From a virus: a stretch of 64,000 nt of DNA. Positions 9,696 to 18,927 of this stretch are shown one piece after another (the first letter of the stretch is position 1; the number at the start of each line of letters is the position of its first letter). Made by a program: the position numbers and the translations under genes. The stretch covers positions 1 to 64,000 of IMG/VR virus record IMGVR_UViG_3300021478_000022; one strand, written 5' to 3'. Under the pieces are notes generated by a model that was given only the letters and a program-made list of their open reading frames with translations, did not search any database and was not told the origin of the DNA.

Positions 9696-9819
9696 TCATA
9701 CGACGGCCACACCCAGGCGTGACCGTCCGTGCACAGCACCACCAGATGGTTCTCGCCCTCGCAGAGCAGTTCCCCGCGCTTCTTGAGACGGACGTTGCGG
9801 ACGTAGATGCGCAGGTCGT

Positions 9820-10605
9820 TCATGGGGACTCCTTCACGGCTTCCATAATCCTTTCGCCCAGCCACTCGGCCACTTGCGGCACTACGGCGTTGCCGAGCCC
9901 TCTATTTCGGTCCACCCCAAAGGGAAGCCCATCAACCACTCGGTCCACACCGGGCTCAACGTTCCAGGAACCGTCTGCCCCATAGCCTTGAACTCCATCA
10001 AGCGGACCCACTGCGTAAGGGTGAGTCCAAAGCCGTTGCCATTGCCATGCTTCTGCTTGAATTGCTTGCGTCGGTCGAGCAATAGGGGCACGTCTCGACA
10101 GCCGAAGCCGCTGGCTGACGGTGTAGGCAAGAATGAACACCCGATCCCGGATATGGGGGGCACCAACGGCGGCAGCCGGAAGGCAATGCCACTCTGCATC
10201 CATCCCGAGCGAGGCCAAGTCTCCGAGAATTCGTCCCATTCCGCGAACAAGTAACTTGGCAACGTTTTCCACGAGGACGAAGCCCGGTCGTAATCGGCGA
10301 ATGATACGAATGTATTCGGCCCACAATCCCGAGCGCTCGCCACTGATGCCGTGTCGTTCACCTTGGACGTGGCCGGCCTTGCTGATGTCTTGGCAAGGGA
10401 AGCCGCCGCAGATGAGGTCGCATGACCAGTCGCCTTCGGGCGGGAAGGTCCGCACGTCATCATGGCGGGGCACGCTGGGCCAGTGCTTTTCAAGAACTCG
10501 CCTCGCGTAGGGGTCGATTTCAACTTGCCATGCACACTGCATTCCTGCTCTTTCAAGTCCAAGGTCCATCCCTCCTATGCCAGCGAACAGACTGCCGAAC
10601 CTCAT
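9820..10605 (-). CDS. C5 cytosine DNA methyltransferase, alpha-type chain lacking motif IX
   Basis: SLFAGIGG (I), GGFPCQ (IV), ENV (VI), RDRVF (VIII), GNAVVP (X). Confidence 0.92.
   Translation of the reverse strand: MRFGSLFAGIGGMDLGLERAGMQCAWQVEIDPYARRVLEKHWPSVPRHDDVRTFPPEGDWSCDLICGGFPCQDISKAGHVQGERHGISGERSGLWAEYIRIIRRLRPGFVLVENVAKLLVRGMGRILGDLASLGMDAEWHCLPAAAVGAPHIRDRVFILAYTVSQRLRLSRRAPIARPTQAIQAEAWQWQRLWTHPYAVGPLDGVQGYGADGSWNVEPGVDRVVDGLPFGVDRNRGLGNAVVPQVAEWLGERIMEAVKESP
9882..10562 (-). CDS. Overlapping alternate-frame ORF, putative beta chain of the C5 methyltransferase (true start uncertain)
   Basis: Long stop-free frame nested in the methylase gene, ending LSPVWTEWLMGFPLGWT, a motif IX-like sequence. 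Confidence 0.6.
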   Translation of the reverse strand: MDLKEQECSVHGKLKSTPTRGEFLKSTGPACPAMMTCGPSRPKATGHATSSAAASLAKTSARPATSKVNDTASVASARDCGPNTFVSFADYDRASSSWKTLPSYLFAEWDEFSETWPRSGWMQSGIAFRLPPLVPPISGIGCSFLPTPSASGFGCRDVPLLLDRRKQFKQKHGNGNGFGLTLTQWVRLMEFKAMGQTVPGTLSPVWTEWLMGFPLGWTEIEGSATP

Positions 10606-12062
10606 ATCTGCCCCCTCCCCTCATAGAGCAAGATTGGTCCCTCACCCTCACCTTCCTTGCGGGTCGGTCTCAGGTCCTGCGCCATGAGGCACAGGTAGGC
10701 CAGCATGTCCACCATGTCGTCCTCCTCGCTACGCTCCAGCCCCGTGAAAGCCGCGAGCTGCGTCTTGAAAGGTTCCACCCATGGCGCGAAATCATTCGGA
10801 AGGAAGATGCGCTTGTTCTGACCCATGAGGACGGCAGGCTGAGCGCGGATACGCTTTGCGTGTTTGACGCTCCCAGGCTTGAGGCGCCGCACCTCTGGTA
10901 TCTCTCGGTGTCTCCGGCACTCGTTCGCTAGCGACGCCTGAAACCCGGACGCCTCGCATCCCACGAGGTTCGGTTTCCACTTCCTGCAAAATTCAGCCAG
11001 GTGAGGTACGACATGCTCCAGATCGATGCGCACGTTCAAAACATCCATGAGCAGGATCGTGTTGTCGGGCGTCAAGGCCCCGCAGCCCATCGCTGTGCAA
11101 TCCGCCTTGCCGTTCTCGCTCGTCGCCCAGTCCACAGCGATGATGAAAACCAATTCATCCTGCCGAAAGACCTTGCGCTGGTCCCCAATCGGAACGGCCC
11201 AAGCCTGCGCTCTCAGATCCCAAAAGAACGGCCACGTATCAGGCGTGAAACAGTCGCCCTTGAAATCCGACCAATCTCCCTCGTGCTGCCGGCGCTCTTG
11301 ATCCGGCATCTCTCCCAAGCTCTCTTCATATTCCTCCTTGTCCGTCGTCGGGTTGTCCTCCAGCTTGGCCGGTATCCATCGCCGCTTGCCACCCACCGGA
11401 GGCCCGCCCGTCGCTATCTCGAATCGCCTCTTGGTCCACGCATGCCCTCGACCGCCAGGCGTTGTGCTGCTCCGCATCCGCAGTGGTATCTCGGCTTTCT
11501 GTCCTTCCGCCGGCTTCCGCAAGCACCGATACAAGTACCTGTACTCGCGCTCGTCGAAGTCAGTCAATTCGTCGAAGCCTATAAACTGGTAGGCGGCGCC
11601 TCTGTACTTCTGAGGACCGTCCTCCATCGTGCCGAATGACAGCGTGGCCCCCGCTGGGAACCGCCATTTATGCGAAGTCCCATCCCAGCGCGCCTCCGTC
11701 GCATCGAGCCACCCATGCGCGCGCTCGATCAACCCTTCCGACTCCATTAGCTGGGTGAACGTCCGCCTGAAGAGGATGGCCGCATACTCCGGCACGTCCA
11801 CGAACTGGAGCGCCGCCATGAGGAGCGCGTCAGACTTGCCCCCTGCGGCTGCACCTCCATACATGACCTCCTTGACGTCTGCCAAAGACAGGAACTCAGC
11901 CTGCCGTGGATGGGGCTTGTGCTTGATCCACTGGTTCTCAAGGACTGTCCTGCGAAAGAGCGCCATGCGCCAAACCACCTTCTTGCAGTTGGCACACGAT
12001 GCCGTTCCCGATTTACGGCAAACTGCGCATAGCGATGATAAGACTAGCTCATTCCAGTCCAT
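10602..12062 (-). CDS. terL: Terminase large subunit
   Basis: Walker A YGGAAAGGKS, Walker B FIGFDE, coupling motif STTP, nuclease AVDWA / DCTA / DDMVD; N-terminal CxxC-x6-CxxC. Confidence 0.93.
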   Translation of the reverse strand: MDWNELVLSSLCAVCRKSGTASCANCKKVVWRMALFRRTVLENQWIKHKPHPRQAEFLSLADVKEVMYGGAAAGGKSDALLMAALQFVDVPEYAAILFRRTFTQLMESEGLIERAHGWLDATEARWDGTSHKWRFPAGATLSFGTMEDGPQKYRGAAYQFIGFDELTDFDEREYRYLYRCLRKPAEGQKAEIPLRMRSSTTPGGRGHAWTKRRFEIATGGPPVGGKRRWIPAKLEDNPTTDKEEYEESLGEMPDQERRQHEGDWSDFKGDCFTPDTWPFFWDLRAQAWAVPIGDQRKVFRQDELVFIIAVDWATSENGKADCTAMGCGALTPDNTILLMDVLNVRIDLEHVVPHLAEFCRKWKPNLVGCEASGFQASLANECRRHREIPEVRRLKPGSVKHAKRIRAQPAVLMGQNKRIFLPNDFAPWVEPFKTQLAAFTGLERSEEDDMVDMLAYLCLMAQDLRPTRKEGEGEGPILLYEGRGQI

Positions 12063-12169
12063 CACTGACCCCCCACCCATACCCCCACCGCCACCCCCAT
12101 CACAAACGACCCCAGAAACACCAGGAGGATACCCAGCCACGAGGTCGAACACCAAGAGCTGTGTTTCAT
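12062..12169 (-). CDS. Small single-pass membrane peptide
   Basis: MKHSSW..LGILLVFLGSFVMGVAVGVWV; TGATG overlap with terL. Confidence 0.45.
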   Translation of the reverse strand: MKHSSWCSTSWLGILLVFLGSFVMGVAVGVWVGGQ

Positions 12170-12194
12170 GTCGTCTGTCCTTGCAGGGTGGCAG

Positions 12195-12425
12195 TCACGG
12201 CGTTCCCATGCGCCGGCGCCGCGCCAGCTCTTGTCGCGCCCAAGCGCCGGCATCCATTGCCGCCTTAAAAGCCTTCTTGCGTTGGGCGCCGTCAAGCCCT
12301 TGAATCATGGCTTCGCCGCCGGCCTCAATCATGTTGGCCATGTCGGAAATGGCACTGAGCATCAAAGCGGTTAGCCTAATACGCTTCATCGCTTGCCTTT
12401 CCTGGGACGCCGCTGTTTGGCCCAA
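12195..12425 (-). CDS. Hypothetical protein
   Basis: ORF in operon. Confidence 0.4.
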   Translation of the reverse strand: MGQTAASQERQAMKRIRLTALMLSAISDMANMIEAGGEAMIQGLDGAQRKKAFKAAMDAGAWARQELARRRRMGTP

Positions 12426-12530
12426 CTCGGCACGAAGTTGAGCGCCTTTGCAAGAGCCTTTTGTCGGACTGCCGATTGCTTCTTGGCTCGCTTTTTGGTC
12501 GCCATGTTACCTACCGTCACCGCAAGGCAT

Positions 12531-13019
12531 TCATTTCCGATGACACCGACAAGGGCACGTCGGCGAAGTGCAGATCGGGTAGTGCTTCCCCTGCGAACAT
12601 GCCACCGACGCCACCGTGGACTTCCCACCTACCCGACCCGCACTCTCGGATGGCATCAAAGCCTCCCGTATAGCCGCCTTCCTCGCGGCTTGTGACTTTG
12701 CTTGCTCGGGAGTCATGCCAGGAAGCACCGATGGTACGTGTGCGGCACCCCTTTCAGGCACCGTGTAGACCTTCTCTCCAGTCGGCGCCGCCACCCGCCT
12801 CTCCGCAGGCTGGGGAGGCTTGCGGCCAGAAACAGCAGCCTTGACCTGATCCTCCACTTCGGGTGGCGTATCTGAGATCTCGCCGACTGTGACCACATTC
12901 CCGGACATCGGTCCACACCGAGCACGAATCCACGCCGACAGCGAAAGCCCACTCGCCTCCGCCGCCTTCCGCCACTTCGCCAACTCCTCATCCTCTACAC
13001 GGAAATTGATCTGTCCCAT
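12531..13019 (-). CDS. Ribbon-helix-helix DNA-binding protein with C-terminal Cys/His cluster
   Basis: MGQINFRVEDEELAKWRKAAEASGLSLSAWIR fits the RHH pattern; GGAGG RBS. Confidence 0.7.
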   Translation of the reverse strand: MGQINFRVEDEELAKWRKAAEASGLSLSAWIRARCGPMSGNVVTVGEISDTPPEVEDQVKAAVSGRKPPQPAERRVAAPTGEKVYTVPERGAAHVPSVLPGMTPEQAKSQAARKAAIREALMPSESAGRVGGKSTVASVACSQGKHYPICTSPTCPCRCHRK

Positions 13020-13034
13020 AACACCCTCCCACGT

Positions 13035-13081
13035 TGCTATACATGACGGTGCTAGACTAGCATGCGAGGTAGTGCTATACA
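13035..13081. promoter_or_regulatory. Repeated TGCTA(T/G)AC operator-like sites upstream of the RHH gene
   Basis: tgctataca 13035-13043, tgctagact 13050-13058, tgctataca 13073-13081. Confidence 0.5.
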
Positions 13082-13139
13082 AGACCGATTTGTGCAAAAA
13101 TTTCGGGAGAGAGTGCCACTGCTCGACACTAGACCTACG

Positions 13140-13262
13140 TTCACATTGGAATGGTTTTCGTCAAAAATTTGGTGTGAGGACGCCCGACCCCTCCCCCCAC
13201 TGGGGCCCCCCTTCTGCGCGCCCACCCCTCCCCCGTGGGGGGGTATGGGCCACATGGCCGCG
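13140..13262. other. Candidate packaging/terminus (cos/pac-like) region
   Basis: Non-coding, immediately downstream of terS, with C/G homopolymer runs and AAAAATTT tracts. Confidence 0.4.
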
Positions 13263-13282
13263 GCGTAAGTAGGGCATTTTTA

Positions 13283-13756
13283 CTAGGGTTGTGGCGGAAC
13301 CGGTGTGGACTGGTCGGGCTGGGCCGGCGACACGTCCAGGCTAGGCTTGGCCGGCGCAACTATGGCATTTTCATTGGGGTTAGGTGCGGACTCGCCGAAT
13401 ACACCAGCGTAGGCGCTGACGTCTCCGAAGATGTTGATCTGCGTGGCTGGCGTCGCCTCGCGGACGGCATTGGCCTCGCGCTTCACGTTCAGGCTATCGG
13501 CCAGGGCCAGGAGTCGGCCGGCTGCTATGATCTGGCCTACTGACGCATCCCCATAGGCCAGCACTTGATGCGCTCGCCTTACCACGTCCTCGCGTATCTC
13601 TTGGGTGATGGGCCAGCGATCCCGCAGCGCTCGCTCTGCCAGGCGTAGCTCAGTCGTCTGCGGCAGCCCGTCCTCTGTCCGTGGTAGTTGTCGACCGTGG
13701 GGAGTCGCCACCCGATTCCCCCCACCCCGAGAAACCATGTCGGTCGTGTCGGCCAT
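13283..13756 (-). CDS. Terminase small subunit-like protein
   Basis: 157 aa helical protein upstream of terL, ending in a 'TQINIFGD' beta-strand and disordered tail. Confidence 0.55.
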   Translation of the reverse strand: MADTTDMVSRGGGNRVATPHGRQLPRTEDGLPQTTELRLAERALRDRWPITQEIREDVVRRAHQVLAYGDASVGQIIAAGRLLALADSLNVKREANAVREATPATQINIFGDVSAYAGVFGESAPNPNENAIVAPAKPSLDVSPAQPDQSTPVPPQP

Positions 13757-13905
13757 GGGATTTGTACTATTGGGCGATTGCTGGGCTTGTATTGGGCCTT
13801 GCAGTCGATTGGGCTAGCGCTGGACATCGTAGCACCGTTTGGGCATCGGCGCTTGTCTGTGGGCATTGTGGACGTGTTAGCGGGGATTGTCTAGGGGAAA
13901 AGGGA

Positions 13906-13941
13906 AAGGGCCAGCACGTTTTTGATTGGTGCTGGCCCTTT
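13906..13941. terminator. Hairpin, probable bidirectional terminator
   Basis: AAAGGGCCAGCAC-loop-GTGCTGGCCCTTT. Confidence 0.6.
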
Positions 13942-13975
13942 GTCTAGTTGGGTTTGCTGTCTCTGATTAGCCCTT

Positions 13976-14332
13976 CTATCCGCTGGTTGGATCGACCAGG
14001 CTTTTGACGTTCACCCAGTCAGGGCAGTAGTAGCAATTGTGAGCAAAGACCGCTGCGGGCTTGTAATAGTGCGGCAAGCTGGGATGCCTGCTCTCTAGCG
14101 TGATAGGGAAACGGCATTGCTCTCCCCTGCTCTCGCCGACGAATAGCCAGCGTCGCGGGATTGCTGGCACGTGCCCGTTGTCCAGCGCGAAAGGCAATTC
14201 TGTCCAGATGTTGGCGTCGCGCGTCCCTCGCTCAGTCACGATCATATCTTGCCCTTTCCGTGACACCATTCGCAGCCGATTTTGGTGAGCTGCGCTTGTG
14301 TCCCGACGTAGAAAAACCCATCGAACACACAA
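13976..14332 (-). CDS. Hypothetical protein
   Basis: ORF; start uncertain. Confidence 0.4.
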   Translation of the reverse strand: MCVRWVFLRRDTSAAHQNRLRMVSRKGQDMIVTERGTRDANIWTELPFALDNGHVPAIPRRWLFVGESRGEQCRFPITLESRHPSLPHYYKPAAVFAHNCYYCPDWVNVKSLVDPTSG

Positions 14333-14420
14333 AACCCGTAGTACAAGCCGCGCTCTTTGGCGATGGCTGCGGCATCAGCCTCGCTTCTGCACTTGCTCAT
14401 CGCCAGGTCTCCTCTTGGGG

Positions 14421-14738
14421 TTAGAACTCAAAATCGCCGCCGCTGTCTAGCTTTGCAGGGCAAATCGGCGGCGCGTGATAGACCTCGCTGCCTTTCACTC
14501 GCTCTCTCTCACCACACCTTGGACAGACTACCCAATCGTTCACTTGGATCGTGCGGTTTGCCAGGACGTCTTGCGCTCGCTCTAAAGCAGCTATTGCCCT
14601 TGCGATGCGCTCATTGTCGCCATGTCTGCACCCTGCGATGCATCGCACTTGGCCTAGCGCGTAGGTGACGTCGGTTAGGATGCTGTCGAGCTGGTTCACT
14701 TCACCCTCCGAATAAGGTACATTTTGACAACTTGGCAC
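14421..14738 (-). CDS. Hypothetical zinc-ribbon protein
   Basis: WVVCPRCG...H..ICP. Confidence 0.45.
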   Translation of the reverse strand: MPSCQNVPYSEGEVNQLDSILTDVTYALGQVRCIAGCRHGDNERIARAIAALERAQDVLANRTIQVNDWVVCPRCGERERVKGSEVYHAPPICPAKLDSGGDFEF

Positions 14739-14922
14739 GTTACTGGATCAATAAGCAACATCTGGGTTTGCGTAAACCTCTTTCCATTTCGGCGGTTAAC
14801 TGTATCGGTAGCCCTCGACGTCGCTGCTGATGCGTGCTTCGGGTAAGCAAAAGGTCCGAGCAATGCCGCTTGGCCAATCGCAAGATCTTTCAAAGGATAG
14901 GCTTTCAAGCCTAGTGAATTTC

Positions 14923-15105
14923 TCAAGCTCCCTCCAGTCGTTCGCGGATCATGTCCGCGTTAGTAGTGGTTTCGGACTCACAACAACTGCTGCCCTCACC
15001 CCAGCTATCCCGGTGCTGCTCATGGTCTTGCCTTGTGACCGGACCATAGCAGACCGGGACCACGGAGCAGGGGCGCAGGCAGTTGAGGCAGTAGGTTTGC
15101 TTCAC
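14923..15105 (-). CDS. Small Cys-rich hypothetical protein
   Basis: YCLNC...SSCC; coupled to upstream methylase stop. Confidence 0.45.
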   Translation of the reverse strand: MKQTYCLNCLRPCSVVPVCYGPVTRQDHEQHRDSWGEGSSCCESETTTNADMIRERLEGA

Positions 15106-15749
15106 GATAATAGCTCCATCAAGCGTCGGCCGATCAGTTCCGTATAGGCTGGTGGAATCGCCTGCGCCAGCTCGTCGCAGCTCATCCAGTCAATCCCCAT
15201 CGCCTCGCGCCACTCAGCCAGGCTATGCCGTCTCAAGTGCGGGTTGCGCCGCTCTGATCCGCCAGTGTGCCCGTAAACCCCTACCATGCGGCGCGAACGG
15301 CAGCCCAGGCAGTAAGGCGCTCCCAGGGCGTCAAATAGCGGCTCATTACACTCGAAAAACCGATGGCGCTTCACTCCCAAACCAAACATCGAACCGCACA
15401 GCATCACCGCATCCCGCAGCGGAGCCATTCGCACGTTCTCTATCACCCAGGGTGCCGCATAACCCGCCAGCATGTCCCGCGTCCTCTCCACCAGCTCGGG
15501 ATGCCTGCGCGATCGCCAGCGGCTTTTCAGGGCAGTGTGCGCTTGGCAAGGCGGCGATGCGTGGATCGCGTCATACTCCCGACCATGAGCAGCCAGGTAG
15601 GACAGCGCGTCACCCAGGACAAAGGCGAAGGGATAGCGTGGCTGCGGGCGCCTGTCAACGCCCACAACGTCAAACCCGGCGCGGGCGTACCCCACGGAGC
15701 AACCGCCCGCGCCGCAGAACAGGTCAAGTAGCTTTGGCGCCATCTTCAA
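15102..15749 (-). CDS. Compact phage C5 cytosine methyltransferase
   Basis: LDLFCGAGG, SPPCQ, IENV, RHRFF, AQAIPPAY. Confidence 0.85.
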   Translation of the reverse strand: MKMAPKLLDLFCGAGGCSVGYARAGFDVVGVDRRPQPRYPFAFVLGDALSYLAAHGREYDAIHASPPCQAHTALKSRWRSRRHPELVERTRDMLAGYAAPWVIENVRMAPLRDAVMLCGSMFGLGVKRHRFFECNEPLFDALGAPYCLGCRSRRMVGVYGHTGGSERRNPHLRRHSLAEWREAMGIDWMSCDELAQAIPPAYTELIGRRLMELLS

Positions 15750-15981
15750 TCATCGCCTTGAATTGCTGGGCCAGTGCCAGAGTGTCATACACGAACGTCT
15801 GACCGTTGCGATTGTCGACCACTGCCCACTGCCCAGGCTCCTCTGCCGTCGCTGGCCGCAGCTCTGCCACGCAATCGCAGGAATCCGTGGTCTTGTCGCA
15901 CTGGTCGCATATCCAATCGCTGCGGGCATTGTCGTAATGGCTGCTCATTTGTGCGGCCCTTTCATCTTCCAGGCTATCCAC
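15724..15981 (-). CDS. Hypothetical protein
   Basis: ORF in early operon. Confidence 0.45.
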   Translation of the reverse strand: MDSLEDERAAQMSSHYDNARSDWICDQCDKTTDSCDCVAELRPATAEEPGQWAVVDNRNGQTFVYDTLALAQQFKAMIEDGAKAT

Positions 15982-16130
15982 CGTACACGATAAGGCGATT
16001 CACCATCACACCACGTTTCGAGACTCAGCAGCGGTCCCGGTGCCCCAGTGGGATTGAGCCAAGCGCAGAGGGACGGTAAGAGACCGTCTATCACTCCGGG
16101 GAGGATCCAGGTCAGGATGTTACGCATGGG

Positions 16131-16781
16131 TCAATCCTTGCTCAGCGGCACGATCAAGCCGCTGAACGTCTGGCCGTTGCCCGCATCCTTCGCGTCGAGG
16201 CGAATCGGCTTCATGCCATTCGCATCGTAAAAAGACAACGTGACGGGCGCGTGGTCTTTGTCCTCGCTAAACCCCGCCGCGATGCCCAGCAGTTCCGCCA
16301 GCATCTTGGCATTGATCCGAACCGTCATGGTCGGCGAACCCTTGGGGAACACTTCGTCAGTCGACGGCCAGCGCCCTTCCAAGTTCAAGATCGGTCCCAC
16401 GACGCTGGCGCTTTCCAGGTTCGTCGATCCCATCGCGGATTCCTTGTCGCTGAGCTGGACGGCCACGCTTTTCAGGATCGGCCGCGCGTGCGCCTTGATC
16501 TTCTTGGCCGCTGCTTGCGCCTCACAGAAAGCCTTGACCGGAAGGATAGCGGCTTTCGCGCTGTTGGGCGCCGCTTCAATGGCGGGAATGCTGGGATAGT
16601 CGTCCGCGCTCCCAGGGCAAACCCCGTCGACGCGAGCGAGGACTCGCCCGTTAGTTGCTTCCACGCGATACGATCCCCCTTCCAACTCGCTCACGCGGAT
16701 ACCCGCCGTTCCCCCGAAGCGTGCATTTTCCTCGTTGACCACTTTCGTAACCGCCGCCAGATTGCTGTGGATCAGAAACAT
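16131..16781 (-). CDS. DNA polymerase III beta-clamp-like protein (two-domain)
   Basis: VEATNGRVLA, EGRWPSTDEVFP, VRINAKML, GLIVPL resemble DnaN domain motifs. Confidence 0.7.
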   Translation of the reverse strand: MFLIHSNLAAVTKVVNEENARFGGTAGIRVSELEGGSYRVEATNGRVLARVDGVCPGSADDYPSIPAIEAAPNSAKAAILPVKAFCEAQAAAKKIKAHARPILKSVAVQLSDKESAMGSTNLESASVVGPILNLEGRWPSTDEVFPKGSPTMTVRINAKMLAELLGIAAGFSEDKDHAPVTLSFYDANGMKPIRLDAKDAGNGQTFSGLIVPLSKD

Positions 16782-16875
16782 GCCAGGTCCCTTTCATTGG
16801 GCGATGCCAGGTCAGAGCGGTAAGTCCGCTCTCAACTCCACCGAATATCGCATCGGTAGCACCGCGCCGCGACGG

Positions 16876-17055
16876 TCATGCACCATGAGGCCGATAATCG
16901 CGCTGGTAGTCAGCGGCGTTGTACTCGCAGGCGGCGCATTCGACGTTCAGCCCATTCGCGGTCGCGTGACAGTGGTACTGGCAAAAGCGCTCACCGCACG
17001 TTTTGCACGTCCACAATTCGCCTTCGCATTCGTCAGTATCGAAGTAGCATCCCAT
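16876..17055 (-). CDS. Small zinc-finger protein
   Basis: MGCYF..CKTCGERFCQYH..ECAAC after the repeated RBS-containing motif. Confidence 0.5.
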   Translation of the reverse strand: MGCYFDTDECEGELWTCKTCGERFCQYHCHATANGLNVECAACEYNAADYQRDYRPHGA

Positions 17056-17072
17056 TGCCAGGTCCCTTTCGC

Positions 17073-17300
17073 TCACAGTGAAGGAAAAACACATGTCACG
17101 ACGTACAGCACCGCGATTGCTCCACCCAGGATAACCGGAGAGGCAATCTGCCAAGCTAATTGGCCCCAAGAAAGCCTCGCAGGCGCCACAATGGCTATTG
17201 AGTCGCTGATAGGCGTCCAAAGCGGCTGGCGCCCCATGCCAGTCAATCTGTGGGCAGGTCTCAGCGTATCTTGGGGTAGGTTTCGCCATTCAGTGTTCAT
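17073..17300 (-). CDS. Hypothetical membrane protein
   Basis: GGAG RBS; C-terminal hydrophobic helix. Confidence 0.45.
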   Translation of the reverse strand: MNTEWRNLPQDTLRPAHRLTGMGRQPLWTPISDSIAIVAPARLSWGQLAWQIASPVILGGAIAVLYVVTCVFPSL

Positions 17301-17319
17301 AGGTATTACTCCGTTTGAA

Positions 17320-17348
17320 CAAAAACCGCGCTGCTGGGCCAGCGCGGC
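17320..17348 (-). terminator. Intrinsic terminator after DUF932 gene
   Basis: CCGCGCTG-loop-CAGCGCGG then TTTTTG on minus strand. Confidence 0.65.
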
Positions 17349-17358
17349 TTGCGACGTG

Positions 17359-18450
17359 TCAAGACACCATGTCCATCAACTTGCCTGCCTTCGTTTCCAG
17401 GGCAATGCGATCATCGGTGTGCGGAACGGAGCGGGCATAAGCGGTAATGCCGTTGACGATATCCCACACTGACCGCGCCTGCCCTTCCTCCGCCGTCGCC
17501 GTCTGTACGCTGGCCACTGCCTGCGCCTTCGTAAAGCCGCGCGACTGTAGCCAACCCTCCACGGTGTCGCCCTTGCCGACGTTCAAGGGGATTTCAGCAT
17601 TCTTGGCCGCAGTGATCTGCGCGGCCACTTTCGCCGTTCCTTCGTCGCCATACTGGCGCAAGTACTTCTCGCCCTCATAAGCGAACCGCTCGGGGGCTCC
17701 GCCAGTGTGCCGGATACGCAATTCCTTGATATCCGTCGCGCCCCACACAATGCGGTTGTCGCAAATGTAGCGGTACAGGAACGTGGTAAGCCCAAACACC
17801 GCTGATCCGACTTCGCTATTCCAGGTATAGAACCCTCGGAAGAGCTGCTCGCCAGCGACTTCAATCGGGTTCTTGGGGTCGACCAGGAAGATAAACACGT
17901 CCCGGTCGGAAGCGTACAGCGTCGTGGCGCGCTTGGGGTTAGTCGTTGTGTAGCTCGCCGCCGGAATCTGCCAGCGGCCGTCGCCGTTGACCTTCTCCAC
18001 CGCTTCCACTACCTGATGATCCCAGATGCGCCCGTAGCTGGTCGACGTCATGGCACGCAATTCATTGCTGCCATTGGAGCGCGCCAGCACCAGCGCATCC
18101 TCGCGCTGGGCATTCTTTTCCAGGCCCCATTGCAGATTGATCGCCGCCAGTTCGGCAGGCAGCTTGCGCAGATAGCTTGCCGGTGCGCCAGCGTATCCCG
18201 CAAGCTGGGAGAATGACCAGTTCGACGGGGTGAGACTGCGCCGCTCGCCGTGGGACGGATCGTAAACCTCAACCGCCAGGTCATTGTCGCCTTGCGGCAG
18301 AACGCGCATATCGGCCGCAAGCGGCGTCGCCGTCCATGACTCATGTTTGCGCTGTAGCACGTTTGCCTTGAGATCGGCCAGCGTCAGAAAGCGCTGATCA
18401 TCAGGCCGACTTGCCCACTGCCGCGACGCAACCACAAGATTCTCAGACAT
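17359..18450 (-). CDS. DUF932-family phage/plasmid protein
   Basis: QWASRPDDQRF, WNSEVG, RYICDNRIVWG, IRHT, SVWDIVNGITAYA. Confidence 0.8.
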   Translation of the reverse strand: MSENLVVASRQWASRPDDQRFLTLADLKANVLQRKHESWTATPLAADMRVLPQGDNDLAVEVYDPSHGERRSLTPSNWSFSQLAGYAGAPASYLRKLPAELAAINLQWGLEKNAQREDALVLARSNGSNELRAMTSTSYGRIWDHQVVEAVEKVNGDGRWQIPAASYTTTNPKRATTLYASDRDVFIFLVDPKNPIEVAGEQLFRGFYTWNSEVGSAVFGLTTFLYRYICDNRIVWGATDIKELRIRHTGGAPERFAYEGEKYLRQYGDEGTAKVAAQITAAKNAEIPLNVGKGDTVEGWLQSRGFTKAQAVASVQTATAEEGQARSVWDIVNGITAYARSVPHTDDRIALETKAGKLMDMVS

Positions 18451-18556
18451 GGTAGACTTTCTGCCCGCGTACAAAGCCCTCGGGCCGGCATAGGTAAATG
18501 GCGAAGTTAACTCCCAAGTTAAACCCGGCGCGCTGGGCCGCGCCGGGCACCACAGG

Positions 18557-18730
18557 TCACACGATCCGGTTGCTACCAGCCTTCTTGCAGGTGTCAATAC
18601 GACGCATCCCCTGCGCGTCGAAAGCGCGGTCGAGCGCTTCCTCGCGCGAGTTGGCCGCAACGTAGGTTGTCACCTTGCGTTCGGTCCCATCGTTCCGCAG
18701 CATGATGCCAGTTGCCTTGTAACGGTACAT
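18557..18730 (-). CDS. Small hypothetical protein (57 aa, MYRYKATG...)
   Basis: Translated by hand; GGAG RBS next to the 17-bp repeat. Confidence 0.5.
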   Translation of the reverse strand: MYRYKATGIMLRNDGTERKVTTYVAANSREEALDRAFDAQGMRRIDTCKKAGSNRIV

Positions 18731-18927
18731 CGTTCATTCTCCCTTTGGGCGATGCCAGGTCTCAACACGGCGGGGAGATAATGCAACCCCTATGCCATAA
18801 TGCACGCTGAGTCGCATTATGGTCAGAAGTTACAAGGTGATATAGACTTGAGATTAAACCGTTGTCTTGTGCTGGTGTGCCAAGCTAGGTGAACTGGTAG
18901 AAAACTTGCCCAGCGCTGGCAGAAAAG

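Larger units (their letters stand above)
16781..18761. repeat. Dispersed direct repeats at early gene starts
   Basis: TTGGGCGATGCCAGGTC identical at 16797-16813 and 18745-18761; TGCCAGGTCCCTTTC identical at 16781-16795 and 17056-17070. Confidence 0.8.
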
